Shown: positions 59,443-64,000 of the stretch, piece by piece
Layout of the letters: every line of letters starts with the position of its first letter
Numbering within the stretch: the first letter of the stretch is position 1
Assembly (NCBI GenBank): GCA_040954595.2
Contig: CM082581.2
Location: 13,155,921-13,219,920, forward strand
Length of the DNA stretch: 64,000 bases
Source: Balanoglossus misakiensis
Lineage: Eukaryota > Animalia > Hemichordata
Direction of reading: 5' to 3'
Notes under the pieces: generated by a model
The model's database searches: none
What the model was told of the DNA's origin: nothing
The model's input: the letters and a program-made list of their open reading frames with translations, nothing else
Program-made: the position numbers and the translations under genes

Positions 59443-62400
59443 TTATTCCCCTGTGATCAATTTGCTGTATTCTGCTTGTTTTTGTTCTTTGAATGAACTT
59501 TTGACTTGCTGTCTTTTCAGCTGACCATCCCTGCAGAGGAAAAAAAATACATCAGTTATGAGTTGGAGATTCAAAGGAACATAGTAGTTCTGATCTTTTA
59601 TCACGACTATAGCTGGAGAACGGCAGCTTACAGGAAATACACCAGTACCCATTGATACTACCACATAGCATATCCTTCAGAATTTGGGAATATGTTGATA
59701 TGGGGCATATGGTACTTACCATACAAGGTCTAACAGACCACCTTGTTTAGCAATGGCTGATTTGACCCGACCTGCAAACTCCATAGCAGATTCATTTTCC
59801 TATATGTAAACAAAAACAGCAAGAGGGGTCAGCATACTACCACAAACACAAGGATGCATGCATTATAAGAATATACATTTTTTCCAGTCAGTTCATGCAC
59901 ACAGTTTAGTGTTGGTGTTGTCCATTTGTATTCTGACTTTCATACTTTAAGCTTTGCCCCTCAAATACACTTGAGGGAATTTTTTACCTGTCGTGTCATA
60001 GGTGGCAGATACCAAACGTCACAGACCAATGCCCAGCTGGAAAACATCATGACCAGATATTCCAGTAAAGAGTACTTGCTGCTGTTCCAAAAGGCATCAC
60101 CAAACCTGGCATCATACTTTGAAAAAGAACAGACAAGATTGTGAGAATAGTCACAAAAATTGATCTGTAAGTGGATACATCAAATTATTGGAGCAGAGAG
60201 GTATGCTTACCTTAATAGCAACTGGATATATTGTACCACCTATTTCAAAACAGCCCTTTTTGAACATCATAACAGATGTATTATTTATACAGGTACCTAA
60301 AACCAAACACGATTTATGTCAGATCAGTTGAGACACATATGCAACATACTTGGTGTGCATTATATATGAAGGATGCAGAATTAATCTTTAATTCGGTCAG
60401 AATGTTCTCACTGCCTATACCAGAAGATTGTCAGGGAAGTGTATATTTACCTTCTGGAAATATCAAAATTGGTAATTTATTGGCATCTTCAATGTGTTGC
60501 TTCATCCTGCAATGAAAGGCAAAAAAAGAAAAACATTAAGAACATGCCTCATTCAAGCTGAAAAAAACCTTTATGACCAGCAAATCTCAGAGCTGATTAT
60601 TTTCGAAAACTGCTGACTGTTTCTATACTCTGCGATCGTGTTGTTCACATGCCCATTGATCTCACCTCCTACTAACAGCTTGTCTGTCTTTCATCTCTGA
60701 TCTTTCAAACCAAATATGTGATTCTGCCCGGCTGAAAGCTCTTTGCATCATACCAAAGAAACCACCCTGTCTTTGACCAATCTGAAAACAAAATATCAAA
60801 GGATACCATAAAATTAATAAGTCATCAGTCTACTATGTATATTCACTGCAGGTTGATCTCTCTCAACCTGCAGTGATGAACTGATGTCGTGTGAATTAAT
60901 GGCTTACTATTTTCAGACCACACTCACCATAGCATAGCAGTTGTTACCACCCAGAATAATCACATCAATTGGTGAAGTGTGGTTGGCTACACAGATTCCT
61001 CCTCCTCTGGCTCTGTATTCTCTGAAACAGAACAGAAAAGTGTTGTCAAGACTCACTAACTTCAAATAAAGAACCTCATTAAACATTATTTTATCAGCAA
61101 GAACTAGCTTACTGAGGGACCTATGACCTCATGTACGTACTTTGAACCAAAAACCAGAAGTACTTACTTGTTGTGGTAGGTGACTATAGCTGACAAACAT
61201 CGTCCTAACACCCGGTTTGTCATCAGTGAAATGTTCCAGTAGATTGACCGTTTCAACTTGCCCTGCGGCAGGTAACCGATCACAGCATAGGAAAGCATGC
61301 ACCAACTGATCCCAATCACCAGCAGGGAGAGTCTATAAAAACAGACAAGTGAAACAATTAGTTATTTGCATAAAGAGGAATTTGACAAGTCTTGATATTT
61401 CAAACAAGGCAGTCCAACTCACCTGAATGGCAGCAGGATACAATATCTGACAATGAAGCCAATGCCCCACAGTACAGTCAGTCGTGCACTGTCAAAAGAA
61501 ACAGACATTCAAAATCAATCCATGGTGTTTGAAGAGTGGAGACAATACAGTACACTGACAGATAGGTCTGTTTTATTAATTGGAACGAAAATGCAGAAGT
61601 TTAATTACTATATCAATCTGGACATTAGTGAAGCTTACCTCAAATGTTGATAATTTTGGTTCGTCCTAGTCAAAAGATTCCATGATGATAATTCTGCAAC
61701 AACAAAAATCGTGAATCACTTACAGCCGTACCAAGAATTTGAACACACTGAGGACATGTTCAGTTTGAACAAAACTATTATAAAGAACCCCCCCCCCCCT
61801 TAAAAAACAACAACAACATCATCCCTCACCTTCTGCATCAAATCTTTTGGTTACATCATCATCGATGATTGACTGAAAAACATACAAGACACACAAATGT
61901 TAGGAGTAGAATGGCAATACACTTATTATAGCTTGAGGAATTGATCATGCAAATTTCATAAACAGGGGAAAAGAAATGTACATACAAAACCAATGAATAT
62001 ACTCATTATCAATGGTGAATATTCATGCACCTCAGATTATGCATTGTACATGTATTATATAAAGACATGGAATCAATCACTGAAATGAATTCTTACCTCA
62101 ACACCACCTTTGATATAATAACATAGATCTGACAGGTGGAAGTCATGTTTGACTTTCTTTTGGATGGATCCATTTTGTCCTGCCACAGCTTCTGTTAAAC
62201 TTTTTGGACCATTCCTCTCTATCAGTTCTGGAAATGAGAAAAATAGTGCAAACTTAGACAAAAATCTTTCGTCATACACATGTATACAAGGCATGAAAAA
62301 TTCATGTACAGACAAAATATGAGAGCCAAAGCAACAGTTATACATCAGTACTGCCTGGCACTTATAGAACCGTAATATCTTACCTTGTGCAATGACCACT

Positions 62401-63823
62401 GTTCCATTTTCAACAGCACCATTGCCATTTTTCTTTTCATTTGCACGAGCAATTCTTTGTTTACCCCACTGCAGATTTGAAAAAAAATCATGTATTTAAT
62501 TTGAGAAGTATTCTGAGTTCAGGAGGAATTGGAAAAGAAATCAAGTGATTCAGAAGGCATAGTGAACTGAAGACTGCCAATCCATAAGTACATGTATATG
62601 TATCAGGTAGCAAGGTATGCATGATAAAAGTGCAATGACTGGTAAATATATTGTGACTGGGCAACTATCACACAAGGACTTTGCCTTTGATGTCCTACAA
62701 AAGGGTAATCAAATTCAGGTCAAGTGGACAGATACACAGTCACACAAGCAAAAAATCAGACCAAAGAGGAAGAATAGTACATTTGTGGGAAGTCTCAGAA
62801 GAGAGTGGCTGAAATTAAACACTGCATTACTCAAAGGTGTGCTGTTAAGTCAAGCACCCACAATGATATTTACGTGGGGCTGTGGTTTGGAAACTGGCCT
62901 GGTGAATTTCCATTCATCTGCATGCCAATGTAAACATATATGGACATGTGCTAATATTTTCGCATTAAACCCTTACATGTTACAAAATATTATCACAAGA
63001 GTCAAAACATATATAACCATGACAGTTAACCATACCCCATAATTGATTTAAAATCTGTCTAAAGGGCATCCCATTCTTCATAAATCATAGAGCCCTCATT
63101 AAAAACTTTGTTTGCAAGCTCTGTGATAAACCCTCTGACAGAAATACTTGGTTGCATAACACCTACAGCAAGTGATATATTTGATTAGAGATAACAGCAA
63201 AGCTCCACTTTGACAAATTGATTTTTTCCACCAAAATAGTGTCTTTTTAGGAGTTTTCAAACTTCTCTGAAAACTGCCTTAAATCCCTATACACGGTTCC
63301 CTATTGGTTTTTTAGTTTAAACAGATGGAAATGGCATAATACATGTACTAATAGAATTTTTATCCTGACAAATACTGGTATCTAGTACTTGCATCTCTGT
63401 CTCTGCTTCTCGATACGATATGAATCAACAGGGCTGGGGTGAAATAACTAGGGCAGCGCCTAGATTATCTCCCAGATACAACTGTTTACCACGAGGACCA
63501 ATCAGATGTAACAATACAGCTTCTCTGTTCCCTACCAACAATCACGGCAGTGGTGTGACTGCAGATTTGCAGTTTTCAGGGTCATCGTTAATACTAGGCC
63601 ACCATTTTCAAGCATTGGTTCAAAATTATCAGTTTTGACCCACTAATCTGTCAAAATGTACCAGAAAAGACTTTACCTCAAAAATTGTCAATAACGAGTT
63701 CACATAGAGTCTCCGGACGCCAACTTCAACGCCAAGAGCAGCCGGAATAATAATCATGGCATAGATCGCTATGAGTGGCGTGAGAGTAAAACCCAGAATC
63801 CGGAAGACCAGCTGTTGATCCAT
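59443..63823 (-). CDS. GPAT4: Microsomal glycerol-3-phosphate acyltransferase (GPAT3/GPAT4 co-ortholog); about 14 exons
   Basis: N-terminal TM segment; IIDDDVTKRFDAEELSSWNLLTRTN; motifs CVANHTSPID, IWFERSE, ILIFPEGTCINNTSVMMFKKG and YPVAIKYD; ends KQAEYSKLITGE*. GPAT3 versus GPAT4 cannot be resolved by eye. Confidence 0.93.
60843..60876. repeat. Perfect 14-bp inverted repeat with a 6-nt loop inside a GPAT intron
   Basis: TCACTGCAGGTTGA-tctctc-TCAACCTGCAGTGA. Confidence 0.9.
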
Positions 63824-64000
63824 TGTGTCTGGCTGTAAAAATTGACTATGGTTGAAATTGACTATGGTGCAACAAGTCACAAATATATCAGTTGCACGAA
63901 TAATGAATGTTTCTACATATACGCGGTTGGAAAGATTCCCAGCACTTGGACGATTTGTCAATCGACTGGTTTGTCCTGGTTTAACCTGTAACGTGTCCGT

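Noticed and set aside
60796-60807. GTATCCTTTG on the minus strand in a GPAT intron
   Set aside because: It sits just upstream of the acceptor rather than at an exon end; the intron has a normal GTGAGT donor.
62617-63042. 141-aa plus-strand ORF inside GPAT intron 1
   Set aside because: No recognisable domain, splice context or coding-like composition; probably a chance ORF.

Overview
AT-rich, gene-dense animal genomic DNA with short spliceosomal introns, most consistent with an invertebrate bilaterian; the species cannot be fixed from sequence alone. Eleven multi-exon protein-coding genes can be reconstructed by hand: KIF20B-like kinesin-6 (-, running off the left edge), RPP30 (+), an unnamed EEP-family phosphoesterase with a cystatin-like N-terminus (-), MRPS18C (-), ELMOD3 (+), POMK (-), GATD3/ES1 (+), GOLGA7 (+), INPP5F/SAC2 (-), a short ENPP4/5/7-type ectoenzyme (-) and GPAT3/4 (-). 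Main signals of interest: three U12-type minor introns (one AT-AC) in three nearby genes; several frame-preserving candidate micro/cassette exons with neural splicing-factor motifs in ELMOD3 and INPP5F; the cystatin-like/EEP domain fusion; gene content matching the vertebrate 4/5/8p(2p)/10q paralogon; three head-to-head gene pairs; a ~92-bp TTAA-flanked MITE in two copies; and a decayed tRNA-derived SINE. No prokaryotic system, CRISPR array, rRNA or intact tRNA was seen. All gene models are manual and lack transcript support.
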